Shown here: positions 1-9,615 of the stretch, piece by piece
Numbering within the stretch: position 1 is the stretch's first letter
Layout: each line of letters begins with the position of its first letter
Source: a bacterium
Lineage (GTDB): Bacteria; Patescibacteriota; Patescibacteriia; UBA10025
DNA: 64,000 bases
Assembly: GCA_021815445.1 (NCBI GenBank)
Contig: JAKAGM010000001.1
Coordinates: 467,710 to 531,709, forward strand
Reading direction: 5' to 3'
The notes under the pieces: generated by a model
What the model was told of the DNA's origin: nothing
The model's database searches: none
Seen by the model: the letters and a program-made list of their open reading frames with translations, nothing else
Program-made: the position numbers and the translations under genes

Positions 1-1264
1 CGATAATGTGCCCACTACAGTCAAAGCCTTCGGGAAAAATGCGGGCGATAAAGTCGTCGCACAAAGTTTTTCAACAGCAGTTGACACCCCGGTAAAACGG
101 ATCCAGGTTTACCTGCGCAAACACTCGAACCCAAACAACAACATCACGCTTCGGCTTGTTGCTGATACTGGCGCGAATAATCCGAGCAACACGGTCATCA
201 GCCAGGCGACTATCAGTAAGAATGACATAAGCGGCGCGTTTTCCTGGATTGAAGTGAGTTTCCCTATTCCCCCGCTGCTTGTCGGGGGAAGGACGTATTG
301 GCTGACCCTGGACGCGAATGCTGTCGATACGAAATATTACGAATGGGACCTCGATACAAATGCGGCTGCATTCCCCGGCGAGGCTCGTCAGACAACGGAC
401 TTTTCTACTGGCGCCTGGAACGTCGTGAACGGCGACTTCGCATTCAAAACTTTTGGCGTCGGAGCGACATCAGCATCGAACGTGACTGTCGGAACTTCCG
501 CCAAGCCAAAAAATCTTCATGCGAAAAATATTTTGAATTCTTCGGAGATTTGGGGTGACGCATACTATGATTCCAAAGACGCCGCCTCGATAGTGCATGG
601 TGCGTCCCACCCCTCGACAAATGATCTGCCCAAGCCCTTTCCGATACAAGACGCGGATATCACGAATTGGGAGAATATTGCCGCGGCCGGCGGCAACCTC
701 ACGGCAGGAGATGTCGATACGTTTACTCCCGGAGTCGGAGGAGCTCCCGATACCTATACAATCACCAGTGCGAGGAGTTTCGGGCCCAAGAAAATTGTCG
801 GCAATCTCATACTTGATAACGGCGCAAATCTTACGCTGACCGGCAACATTTGGGTTACGGGAAATATTACCTTCGCTCACCCCGGCGCCCACGTTCAGCT
901 CGCGGCAAGTTTTGGACCGTTATCCGGCGTTGTCATTACCGACGGGCAAATTGTTGATAAGAACAATTCAGTCATCAGAGGTTCCGGAGATCCAAAAAGT
1001 TTTCCCCTCTTTATCTCTACGCTCAACCTGATTGACACGCCGGCTATCGATACGAGCAATAATTCCCGTTCGGTGATTTATTACGCTCCCTTTGGCGTTA
1101 TCCACCTCGATCAAAACGGGTACCTCAATAGCGCGTTGGCCTATTACATAGAAATGGACCAGGGCAGTACAGTCGAGTATAACTCCGCCTTACAGGGATT
1201 CACTCTCCCCCCCGAACCCGGACGCGTCTTTGGAGTCGAATCAGGCACCTGGCAGGAGAAGTAG
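1..1264 (+). CDS. 5'-truncated secreted protein, PilX/pilus-accessory-like C-terminus with a beta-sandwich domain
   Basis: Open frame from the window edge. AQSF...YWL motif, low-complexity beta-rich tail and terminal GTWQEK resemble PilX-like proteins. Confidence 0.55.
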   Translation, partial: DNVPTTVKAFGKNAGDKVVAQSFSTAVDTPVKRIQVYLRKHSNPNNNITLRLVADTGANNPSNTVISQATISKNDISGAFSWIEVSFPIPPLLVGGRTYWLTLDANAVDTKYYEWDLDTNAAAFPGEARQTTDFSTGAWNVVNGDFAFKTFGVGATSASNVTVGTSAKPKNLHAKNILNSSEIWGDAYYDSKDAASIVHGASHPSTNDLPKPFPIQDADITNWENIAAAGGNLTAGDVDTFTPGVGGAPDTYTITSARSFGPKKIVGNLILDNGANLTLTGNIWVTGNITFAHPGAHVQLAASFGPLSGVVITDGQIVDKNNSVIRGSGDPKSFPLFISTLNLIDTPAIDTSNNSRSVIYYAPFGVIHLDQNGYLNSALAYYIEMDQGSTVEYNSALQGFTLPPEPGRVFGVESGTWQEK

Positions 1265-1420
1265 TGAGGACAAAACGAGTTTCTCCCTTAAAAGTGCCAG
1301 GCAATGGGAGACACAAAACTACATTTTCATTGAGAAACCCAAAGAAAAGCCAGAAAACCGGGTTATCCACAGTAGCTGTAATCAGCTAAAAACAGCTAAA
1401 AATACGAACAAGCCGAGGGC

Positions 1421-1449
1421 TTGACAAAATAACCATCACCGGGTAAGAT
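1421..1449 (+). promoter_or_regulatory. sigma70-type promoter for the giant surface protein
   Basis: TTGACA-17 nt-TAAGAT. Confidence 0.6.
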
Positions 1450-1562
1450 GCATGAACAAAAGATAGTGTTTTGAGAACAATTCCCAAAAAAATCAAAACA
1501 TCGCTCATTAGTCCACGTAGGAGGAAACTGTACATTCCAAAAATACTTTCGGAGGAAAGTAT

Positions 1563-1790
1563 AAAAAGCCAACAAAAGGTTATAAAAGCAATGCCTCGCT
1601 GAAGCTTAAGCGAAGCGGGCAGCAATAAAATCAGCTTCAAGTCGGATAAACACTCTAGGGTAACCCCTAGAATTCACGCTGATTTCTTTCACAAGTTGAG
1701 TTTATAACTTTCTGTTGGCTTTTTTGATTGTCTGGCTACGCCAGACAACAATCCTGCCTGAGCGAGTCCCTTGTCGAAGGATCTCGCTCA
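1563..1790 (+). ncRNA. candidate structured 5' leader RNA
   Basis: 24-nt inverted repeat 1563-1586/1701-1724 enclosing nested stems, followed by two more hairpins at about 1728-1748 and 1759-1790. Confidence 0.4.
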
Positions 1791-1834
1791 ACCATCAACT
1801 TAATTAACTCTATATATCAATTAACACACATTAT

Positions 1835-4800
1835 ATGACTATTAATCTCCTCCCCCGCAAGACCTGGCGCCAGAGAATCCTCAAGGGCGTCCACGTTTTC
1901 GCATTACTCGCTCTCGTGGCAAATATGTCCATGGCGAGCGTTTTTATTTCGCCGACCACTACGCTGGCCAAGCAGGCTGATACTGCTGAACAAGTCCCGC
2001 AAAGCGCTACGGTGAATACCGACGCGGCTACCACTGCCGCGGTGAGCACGCCTGTCCCTAATCCGGCGCTCGGCCAATCATGCGGTTTGGATATCGGCTT
2101 GATCGTTGATACCTCGGGCAGTATTGATTCCACGGAGATGTTGCAGATGAAAACGGCCATGACGAATTTTTCCAACGCTTTTGTCGGCACACCGACTGTC
2201 TTTAGTCTGACCTCTTTCGCGGATGATTCAGTGTTGAAGAGAGCTTTCTCCCGCACCCCGACCCAGATGGCCGGAGATATCGGCACAGACATTCCGTCAT
2301 ACGGCAACGGGTGGACGAACTGGGACAGCGGTTTGGCAAGAAGCTTTGCCACTTTTGATCCGCGTGCCGCTAAATCAAATTTAATTGTTATTGCTACTGA
2401 CGGCTCTCCCAACCACTGGGGTTATCCGACAAACACGGGAATCACTGATTACACTCAGGCGTTAAGCTATGCTGTCACTCGCGCCAACACTATCAAAACT
2501 GCCGGCACGCGAATCGTCGTCGTGGGCATTGGCAATGATACCAGCGATCCGGCAACTCTTGCCGAGAAACTGCAAAAGATGGAAGACATCAGCGGAACAA
2601 ATGTTGCCACAACTCCCGGAGCGATCACTACCTCAACCGATGTAATTAAAGTCACTGACTTTACCGGCATTGGATCAGCATTGTCAGCTTTCGCCAGCCA
2701 ATTGTGCGGCGGAAAAATCCTCGTCCAAAAACAATTTGATACCAACGGCGACGGCCAAGTCGACCTGGACGGTTCGCAGCCGAATGACGCCCTGACCGGA
2801 TGGACATTTGATGTCAATGGAACGCCGACGAATCCGGCTCCGCTCACCACCACGAATACCGGTGCGCTATCCTTCGATGTTCAGAACGGCACCTACAGTG
2901 TCTCTGAGACAAACATAAAATCCGGAACCCGACTTGCCAGCGCAACATGCGTCAAGGGCACCCAGGCGGTTGGGACTTTTGACCCGGCCACAAAGACCGT
3001 CAACGGCCTGGTGATGGGAACGGACGGAACAATTAATTGCAACTTCGTCAATTCAACCGACACCGGAACTCTGAAAGTCGTCAAGCATGTCGTCGGCGGA
3101 ACAGCCACGGCTGCTAACTGGCAGCTTCACGTCAAACAAAACGGCAGTGAAGTCGCCGGCAGCCCGCAAGCGGGGAGCGAAGCAGGCACCAGCTATACTC
3201 TACCGGTTGGAACATACAACGTTTCTGAAACCGGAGGGTCCGCCAATTATACCCAGTCATTTTCAGACAACTGCCCCGGCGGTACCATTACCATCGCAAA
3301 TGGCCAAACTGCCGCCTGTACGCTGACGAATACCCGCGATACGGCCAGAGTGGTATTCCAAAAAGTTCTTGTCGGCAACTCCCAGAACCAGGTTCCCGCC
3401 GACTGGACGTTCACGGTCAACGACCAGCAAGTGAACGGCAACGGCGGCTCGACTGTTTTGCAGACCAACCAGGATTACACTGTCACCGAATCCTCCAGTT
3501 ACAGCAATCTTTATTCTTTGACGAATGCTACCGGCGCCTGCCATCTCAATGCCCAGGGCCAAATCATCGTGAATACCGCCGCCAACGGCGGCACCTGCAC
3601 AGTCACCAACACCCGGAATACCGGATCGCTGGTCGTGCATAAGGATGTCGTGAACCCGGATGGCGGCGCTGTGTCAGATACGCACCAGTTCACCGTCACT
3701 CTTGATGGCGGAAACTCAAAAACAATTGCTGAAGGGACTGACGCGACATACTTGAATCTTCCCACGGGAACATACACCGTGGCTGAAAACTCGGACGCAG
3801 ATTACACGTTTGTTTCGTATAGCTCTGACACTGACGTAAATACCGCAGGCGCACAGGTGGTCGTAACAAAAGACGGCACGACCCAGCTTACGGTGACGAA
3901 CAAGCAGAAGAAAGCGACGGTGACGATCAACAAAGATGTCCGCGACTATCTGGGCAATGACGTTTCTGACAGCACTTCATTTCAAGTGACCTGGAGCGGG
4001 AGCCCGATGACCATAAGCGAGGGATCCCCCGCTGTCTTCCAAGTGAACCCCGGGACATACACATTTACTGAAACAGCAAACTCGCTCTATACCACCCAGA
4101 CAGCTTCGTATCAGGTGACAGTTACAAGCAACGGTTCCGCTTCACGCACCTTTGTGAACTGGCAGAAGTCCGGCACGATTACGGGCATGAAGTTTAATGA
4201 CATGAACGGCAATGGCGTGAAAGATTCGGGCGACAACGGATTGCAGAACTGGGAAATCTATATTGACTCGAACGGCAACGGATCGTGGGACAGTGCAGAA
4301 CCTAAAGTCGTCACCGATGTAAACGGCAACTACACATTCACCAATCTGACCCCCGGCACCTACAAAGTTCGGGAAATCCAAAAGAACGGCTGGACGCAAA
4401 CCTACCCGTCAAACAACCTGAACAATGTTACGCTCTCGGTCGGACAAACAGTGAGTAACCAAAACTTCGGCAACTTCCAGCTCGGAGCCATTACAGGCAT
4501 GAAGTTCAACGACCTGAACGGCAACGGCGTGAAAGACGCCGGAGAGCCGGGAATAGCCGGATGGACCATCAACATTACGAGTCCGGTGAATACCAATACC
4601 ACGACAGATGTGAATGGCAACTACATCTTCCCGAACCTTACTGCGGGCACCTATGCGGTCAGTGAGACTCACCAGACAGGCTGGACGCAGACCGCGCCGG
4701 CCGGAGGCACGTATTCCGTGCCGATTACCTCAGGTACAGCCGCTGCCGATAAGAACTTCGGAAATTTTCAGAATATTTCCGTCCGAGTCTGCAAGTACGT

Positions 4801-7800
4801 GGATACCAACGGTGATGGAAATATCGCCAATGACCCGCTCTACACGGGGCAGGGCGGCTGGGCTATGACGTTGAACACCGCTACCACGCAAAATACCGTT
4901 GAAGGTTGTACCACCTTCTCGAACCTCGGCCCCGGAGCTTACACGTTAAGTGAAGGCGCTAAATCGGGCTGGGTAAAAACCTACCCTGTGGGAGCTAATT
5001 ACCAGTTCAATGCTGTTTCAGGCCAAAACCAGGATTACAAGTTTGGAAATTTCCAGACTGCAACTGTTTCCGGGTACAAATACAATGACATGAACGGCGA
5101 CGGTAACTTAGCTGACGGCGCTCCCCTGCAAAACTGGGAAATCAAGGCTACAAAAGGCGCCGCAGTCAAGACCGCCACTACAGATGTGAATGGCTTCTAC
5201 CAATTCAGTTTCTCGCCCAGCGAGAACGGCCAATGGATAATCAGCGAAACCTTAAAGGCTGACTGGACCCAGACAGCGCCCAACGGCGGGACGTATACCG
5301 TCAACGTCGCTTCGGGGACCAATGAAGTCAATAAGAACTTCGGCAATTTCCATAACGCCAGCGTCACTGTCTGCAAATACGTAGACGTGAACGGCGACGG
5401 TAACATTGTCGGCGACCCGCTCTACACTGCCGCAGGCGGATGGCCTGTCCGTTTCCACGGCATTACTCAGAATACAGTTGACGGCTGCACCACGTTTACC
5501 GGCATCACTCCGGGAAGCTACACCGTTGACGAGCTCAACCTTTCCGGCTGGACACGCACTATGCCGACGGGGCCGTCCTATACCTACACCGCCGTCTCCG
5601 GTGACCACACGACTTACAACTTTGCCAACTTCCAGCTCGGATCAATTTCAGGCATGAAGTTCAACGACCTGAACGGCAACGGCACCAAAGACATCGGAGA
5701 ACCCGGTTTGGCAGGATGGACCATCAGCATTTCCGGACCGGCAAGCGCAAATACCGTGACTGATGCAAATGGCAACTATAGCTTCGCTAATCTGACTGCA
5801 GGTACCTACACGGTGAGTGAAACACAACAGGGTGGCTGGACACAAACTGCACCGGCTGGAAATACCTACTCGGTAGCAATTACTTCAGGAACTGCGGCCA
5901 CCGGAAAAAATTTCGGCAACTTCCAAAAGATCTCTGTCCGCGTGTGCAAGTATGTTGACGTCAACGGCGATGGAAATATCGCCAATGACCCGCTCTACAC
6001 GGGGCAGGGCGGTTGGGCTATGACGTTGAACACCGCTACCACGCAAAATACCGTTGAAGGTTGTACCACCTTCTCGAACCTCGGCCCCGGAGCTTACACG
6101 GTAAGTGAAGGAGCGAAGACCGGCTGGATCAAGACCTATCCGACAGCTGCAAACTACGCTTTCAACGCTGTCTCGGGCCAAAACCAGACCTTTGCATTCG
6201 GCAACTACCAGACAGCCACAGTCTCGGGCTATAAGTTCGAGGATACAAATGGCAACGGCGTCCGGGACAACGGCGAGCTTGGATTGCCAAATTGGCATAT
6301 CACCGCTACCAAAGGCGCGTCGGTAAAAGATGTGACGACAGACGCGAACGGTTTCTATCAGTTCTCTTTCGCCCCGAATGAAACGGGCTCATGGACTGTC
6401 GGTGAGGTGAACCAGGCCGGATGGACGCAAACAGCTCCAGTAAGCGCGACTTATGCTGTAGCTGTAAACTCCGGCACCGCTGAGATAAACAAGAATTTCG
6501 GCAACTTCAAGAATTTCAATGTGTACGTCTGCAAATATGTGGACGGCAACGGTGACGGCTCAGTGGCTTACGACAGCTTTTACAACGGCGAGGGCGGCTG
6601 GCCTATCGTATTGAACGACGTTACGCACTATACGACAAATGGCTGCGCCGAGTTCACCGACCTTGGCCCCGGCAGTTATACATTGAATGAAGGTTCAAAA
6701 GTCGGGTGGATCCAGACGAATCCGCAGGGCGGATATGAGTTCAACGGCGCATCGGGCTTCGATCCTGAATATATCTTCGCCAATTTCCAGCTTGGTTCAG
6801 TCTCGGGCCATAAGTTCGAGGACATGAACGGTAACGGGAAATTCGACCTTGGCACTGACCTGCCGAAGAGCGATGTCACCATCAAACTCTGGCACGACGG
6901 CGAAGTTGTCGCCACCGACGTCACTGACGAGAACGGCGCATACAGTTTCACCGGGCTTAAGGCCGGCGATTACACTGTTTCAGAGAATCCGCTTGCCGGA
7001 TGGATACAGACCTATCCCGCGCTCCCCGGCACCTATGCCTTCACAATTTCTTCGGGAACAGTACTGACAGACTATGACTTCGGCAACTTCAAGCAAACCT
7101 CAATTTCCGGGATGAAGTTTAACGATGTCAACGGAAACGGCGTGAAAGACCAGGGTGAGAACGGACTCGCGGGTTGGACCATAAAACTCTTTGCGCTCAA
7201 TGACGGCCAGTACGTGTCCCAGTCTCAAACCGTCACTGATGACGCGGGCAATTACTCCTTTAATGCGCTGACTCCGGGGACATACTCCCTCTCTGAGACA
7301 AACCAGGATGGCTGGACGCAAACGTATCCTGCCGCTCCCGGCTCCTACACAGGTATTGAATTGACATCGGGAATTCCTTTTGTCGGCAAAGACTTCGGCA
7401 ACTTCAAACTTGGCAAGATATCCGGCTACAAATTCGACAATACCGGAAGCAAGCTCGATAACTGGCAGGTCTGCTTGAGCGGCGGGTCAATCGACAACGG
7501 CGTCGACAAGGACTTCGGTTCCCACTGCGTCGTCACGGGAAGCGGCGAATGGCCGACCGGCTACTATGAGTTTTCCGGCTTGCTTGCCGGCACATATAGC
7601 GTGAAAGAAACGGCCCAGGACGGTTGGACAGCGGTAACCCCTGCTTCGGGTGAATATACCGGCATCGCTGTAACTTCACAGTTCGACAAGTCTTACGACT
7701 TCACGAATCGCCGCATCTATCCTGATCTTACCATCTCGAAGACTGACGGTCTCACCACGGCCAACCCCGGCCAGACAATCACCTACACGATTGTCGTGAA

Positions 7801-9295
7801 GAACCAGGGCGAATACAAAGCTGATGGCGTAGTCGTCACCGACACGTTGCCCGCGCACCTGACATTCGTCTCGGCGAGTCCCGCCGCGGCCACACAGGTC
7901 GGCAACGCGCTGACATGGAATCTCGGCACGCTCGCTGTCGGTGCTTCACAGACAATAACCGTCACTGCGAAAATAGACGCGCTGATGCCGTTCGGGAACA
8001 CTGATCTGAAAAACACGGCTACCGCCTCGACAACGACTGTCGAACCGGACACTTCAAATAACACCGCGACTGATACTACAACTGTCCCGGCATCGCCAAC
8101 AATCTCCCTGACTAAGACAGCTTCAGCGCCTCAGGTCAATCCGGGCGACACTATCACCTTTACCATGACATGGGGCGTGGATAGCAACAGCCAGGCGACC
8201 AACGTGGTACTCACCGACCCCGTTCCGGCGAATACGACCTTCGTCTCTGCGAATAATGGCGGTGTCTACAACTCCGGAACTAACACAGTTACCTGGACAC
8301 TCGGGACCAAGAATCCCGGCGATACAGGCGCTGTCCAGCTCGTAGTCAAGGCGTTTACGCCTCTTGCAAGCGGCACGGTGATTAAAAACGTCGCCACACT
8401 TGGCTCGACACAGAACAACCCTGTCCAGGCGCAGGCGTCTGTCACTATTGTTTCAGGGCCTATCCTGAAAATTTCCAAAGTTGCCGACAAACAGCAGGTA
8501 AACCCGGGCTCGAAAGTGACATACACTGTCGTCATCACCAACACGGGCAACGACCAGGCGACAAATGCCACGCTCACCGATACCCTGCCGGCCGGCTTCA
8601 CGTTCGCTGACTCTGGCCTGTCGACCAAGACGTTCGTCCTCGGCAATCTCCTCGCAGGCACGAGCGTTACCACAACCTACGATGTCAACGTCGCATCAGA
8701 CGCGACTGCCGGCATCCACGAGAACACGGCAACGACAAAGGCGGACAATCATCCTGCCGTCACGGCCAAAGCTCCCGTCGAGGTCATCATCCCGCAGATC
8801 CTCGCGGAGCAGGCGTTCCCTAAACTGGTGATTACAAAAAAGGTGGACAAAGCGTTTGCCAATCCCGGCAACACCGTTACCTATACTGTCGTAGTGGAAA
8901 ATACGGGAAATGCCGTCGCGATAAACGTCCAGGTGCAGGATCTCCTGCCCGCGGGTTTCACCTTTACCGACAAGACGACCACAAAAGTGTTTAAAGTCGG
9001 AGACCTGGCGCCCGGCCAGAAGCATGATGTGAAATATGACGTCGTCATCAGCAAAGACATGCCGGCAGGCACCTACAAGAACTTCGCAGTCGCGTGGGCT
9101 GACAACCATCCGAATGTCACAGTGTCCGCCCCGCTTGAAGTGAGAGTTCCCAAGGTGCTCGGCGCCGAGATTCTTCCGACCACCGGCAACAACCTGCTTG
9201 AAATAGTCTTCATAGCATTCGCAGCGCTCTTCGTATTCTTTATCGGCTGGGGCCTCTGGGTAACCCGCCGGGACGAGAACGAGGAACGGGCATAA
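1835..9295 (+). CDS. 2486-aa surface adhesin: signal peptide, vWA, prealbumin/SpaA-like repeats, about 12 SdrD-B/CnaB-like repeats, DUF11 repeats, LPTTG + TM anchor
   Basis: MIDAS DTSGS and ATDG; repeated K[FY]NDxNGNG...FGNF; DLTISK/VTDTLP DUF11 motifs; LPTTG-hydrophobic-RR tail. Confidence 0.9.
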   Translation: MTINLLPRKTWRQRILKGVHVFALLALVANMSMASVFISPTTTLAKQADTAEQVPQSATVNTDAATTAAVSTPVPNPALGQSCGLDIGLIVDTSGSIDSTEMLQMKTAMTNFSNAFVGTPTVFSLTSFADDSVLKRAFSRTPTQMAGDIGTDIPSYGNGWTNWDSGLARSFATFDPRAAKSNLIVIATDGSPNHWGYPTNTGITDYTQALSYAVTRANTIKTAGTRIVVVGIGNDTSDPATLAEKLQKMEDISGTNVATTPGAITTSTDVIKVTDFTGIGSALSAFASQLCGGKILVQKQFDTNGDGQVDLDGSQPNDALTGWTFDVNGTPTNPAPLTTTNTGALSFDVQNGTYSVSETNIKSGTRLASATCVKGTQAVGTFDPATKTVNGLVMGTDGTINCNFVNSTDTGTLKVVKHVVGGTATAANWQLHVKQNGSEVAGSPQAGSEAGTSYTLPVGTYNVSETGGSANYTQSFSDNCPGGTITIANGQTAACTLTNTRDTARVVFQKVLVGNSQNQVPADWTFTVNDQQVNGNGGSTVLQTNQDYTVTESSSYSNLYSLTNATGACHLNAQGQIIVNTAANGGTCTVTNTRNTGSLVVHKDVVNPDGGAVSDTHQFTVTLDGGNSKTIAEGTDATYLNLPTGTYTVAENSDADYTFVSYSSDTDVNTAGAQVVVTKDGTTQLTVTNKQKKATVTINKDVRDYLGNDVSDSTSFQVTWSGSPMTISEGSPAVFQVNPGTYTFTETANSLYTTQTASYQVTVTSNGSASRTFVNWQKSGTITGMKFNDMNGNGVKDSGDNGLQNWEIYIDSNGNGSWDSAEPKVVTDVNGNYTFTNLTPGTYKVREIQKNGWTQTYPSNNLNNVTLSVGQTVSNQNFGNFQLGAITGMKFNDLNGNGVKDAGEPGIAGWTINITSPVNTNTTTDVNGNYIFPNLTAGTYAVSETHQTGWTQTAPAGGTYSVPITSGTAAADKNFGNFQNISVRVCKYVDTNGDGNIANDPLYTGQGGWAMTLNTATTQNTVEGCTTFSNLGPGAYTLSEGAKSGWVKTYPVGANYQFNAVSGQNQDYKFGNFQTATVSGYKYNDMNGDGNLADGAPLQNWEIKATKGAAVKTATTDVNGFYQFSFSPSENGQWIISETLKADWTQTAPNGGTYTVNVASGTNEVNKNFGNFHNASVTVCKYVDVNGDGNIVGDPLYTAAGGWPVRFHGITQNTVDGCTTFTGITPGSYTVDELNLSGWTRTMPTGPSYTYTAVSGDHTTYNFANFQLGSISGMKFNDLNGNGTKDIGEPGLAGWTISISGPASANTVTDANGNYSFANLTAGTYTVSETQQGGWTQTAPAGNTYSVAITSGTAATGKNFGNFQKISVRVCKYVDVNGDGNIANDPLYTGQGGWAMTLNTATTQNTVEGCTTFSNLGPGAYTVSEGAKTGWIKTYPTAANYAFNAVSGQNQTFAFGNYQTATVSGYKFEDTNGNGVRDNGELGLPNWHITATKGASVKDVTTDANGFYQFSFAPNETGSWTVGEVNQAGWTQTAPVSATYAVAVNSGTAEINKNFGNFKNFNVYVCKYVDGNGDGSVAYDSFYNGEGGWPIVLNDVTHYTTNGCAEFTDLGPGSYTLNEGSKVGWIQTNPQGGYEFNGASGFDPEYIFANFQLGSVSGHKFEDMNGNGKFDLGTDLPKSDVTIKLWHDGEVVATDVTDENGAYSFTGLKAGDYTVSENPLAGWIQTYPALPGTYAFTISSGTVLTDYDFGNFKQTSISGMKFNDVNGNGVKDQGENGLAGWTIKLFALNDGQYVSQSQTVTDDAGNYSFNALTPGTYSLSETNQDGWTQTYPAAPGSYTGIELTSGIPFVGKDFGNFKLGKISGYKFDNTGSKLDNWQVCLSGGSIDNGVDKDFGSHCVVTGSGEWPTGYYEFSGLLAGTYSVKETAQDGWTAVTPASGEYTGIAVTSQFDKSYDFTNRRIYPDLTISKTDGLTTANPGQTITYTIVVKNQGEYKADGVVVTDTLPAHLTFVSASPAAATQVGNALTWNLGTLAVGASQTITVTAKIDALMPFGNTDLKNTATASTTTVEPDTSNNTATDTTTVPASPTISLTKTASAPQVNPGDTITFTMTWGVDSNSQATNVVLTDPVPANTTFVSANNGGVYNSGTNTVTWTLGTKNPGDTGAVQLVVKAFTPLASGTVIKNVATLGSTQNNPVQAQASVTIVSGPILKISKVADKQQVNPGSKVTYTVVITNTGNDQATNATLTDTLPAGFTFADSGLSTKTFVLGNLLAGTSVTTTYDVNVASDATAGIHENTATTKADNHPAVTAKAPVEVIIPQILAEQAFPKLVITKKVDKAFANPGNTVTYTVVVENTGNAVAINVQVQDLLPAGFTFTDKTTTKVFKVGDLAPGQKHDVKYDVVISKDMPAGTYKNFAVAWADNHPNVTVSAPLEVRVPKVLGAEILPTTGNNLLEIVFIAFAALFVFFIGWGLWVTRRDENEERA

Positions 9296-9308
9296 ATGTA
9301 TTTAACGC

Positions 9309-9452
9309 GCAGGGCGGGTCTCTCACCGAGCCTGAGGCTCTCAGAGCCGAAGGCCTGACCCGCCCTCGCATCGGGAGAGTACCCCAGGTCTCCCGACCTG
9401 GGGTCAAAGCCCCTCCACCAAAAGTGCGCAGGCCAAGTCTCCTGACTTGGCC
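9309..9452 (+). repeat. cluster of three REP-like palindromes, GYA + 9-bp stem + TCCY loop
   Basis: Units at 9309-9365, 9379-9403 and 9428-9452, all with a GTC-TCCY-GAC core and different but fully paired stems. Confidence 0.75.
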
Positions 9453-9470
9453 GGACAATCCAACGGGGAC

Positions 9471-9500
9471 TTGACAACTTGTTGTCAATATCAGTACACT
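9471..9500 (+). promoter_or_regulatory. promoter with a palindromic operator over the -35
   Basis: TTGACA-18 nt-TACACT; perfect inverted repeat TTGACAAC-TT-GTTGTCAA at 9471-9488. Confidence 0.55.
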
Positions 9501-9615
9501 AAGCGTGTCCATTTTACAAAATACATCCCAGAAAACCCCCTCCCCAGAAGTCACGGGGACAGAGGTTTTTCCAGGAATTGGAACCGGCAGTACTAATAAT
9601 TTATCAATATAACTT

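Noticed and set aside
4814-6100. DGR template/variable repeat pair
   Set aside because: Both copies are in one ORF, the difference is a single synonymous C/T, and no reverse transcriptase is present.
9309-9452. CRISPR mini-array
   Set aside because: The units differ in stem sequence, spacing is irregular and no cas genes are present.
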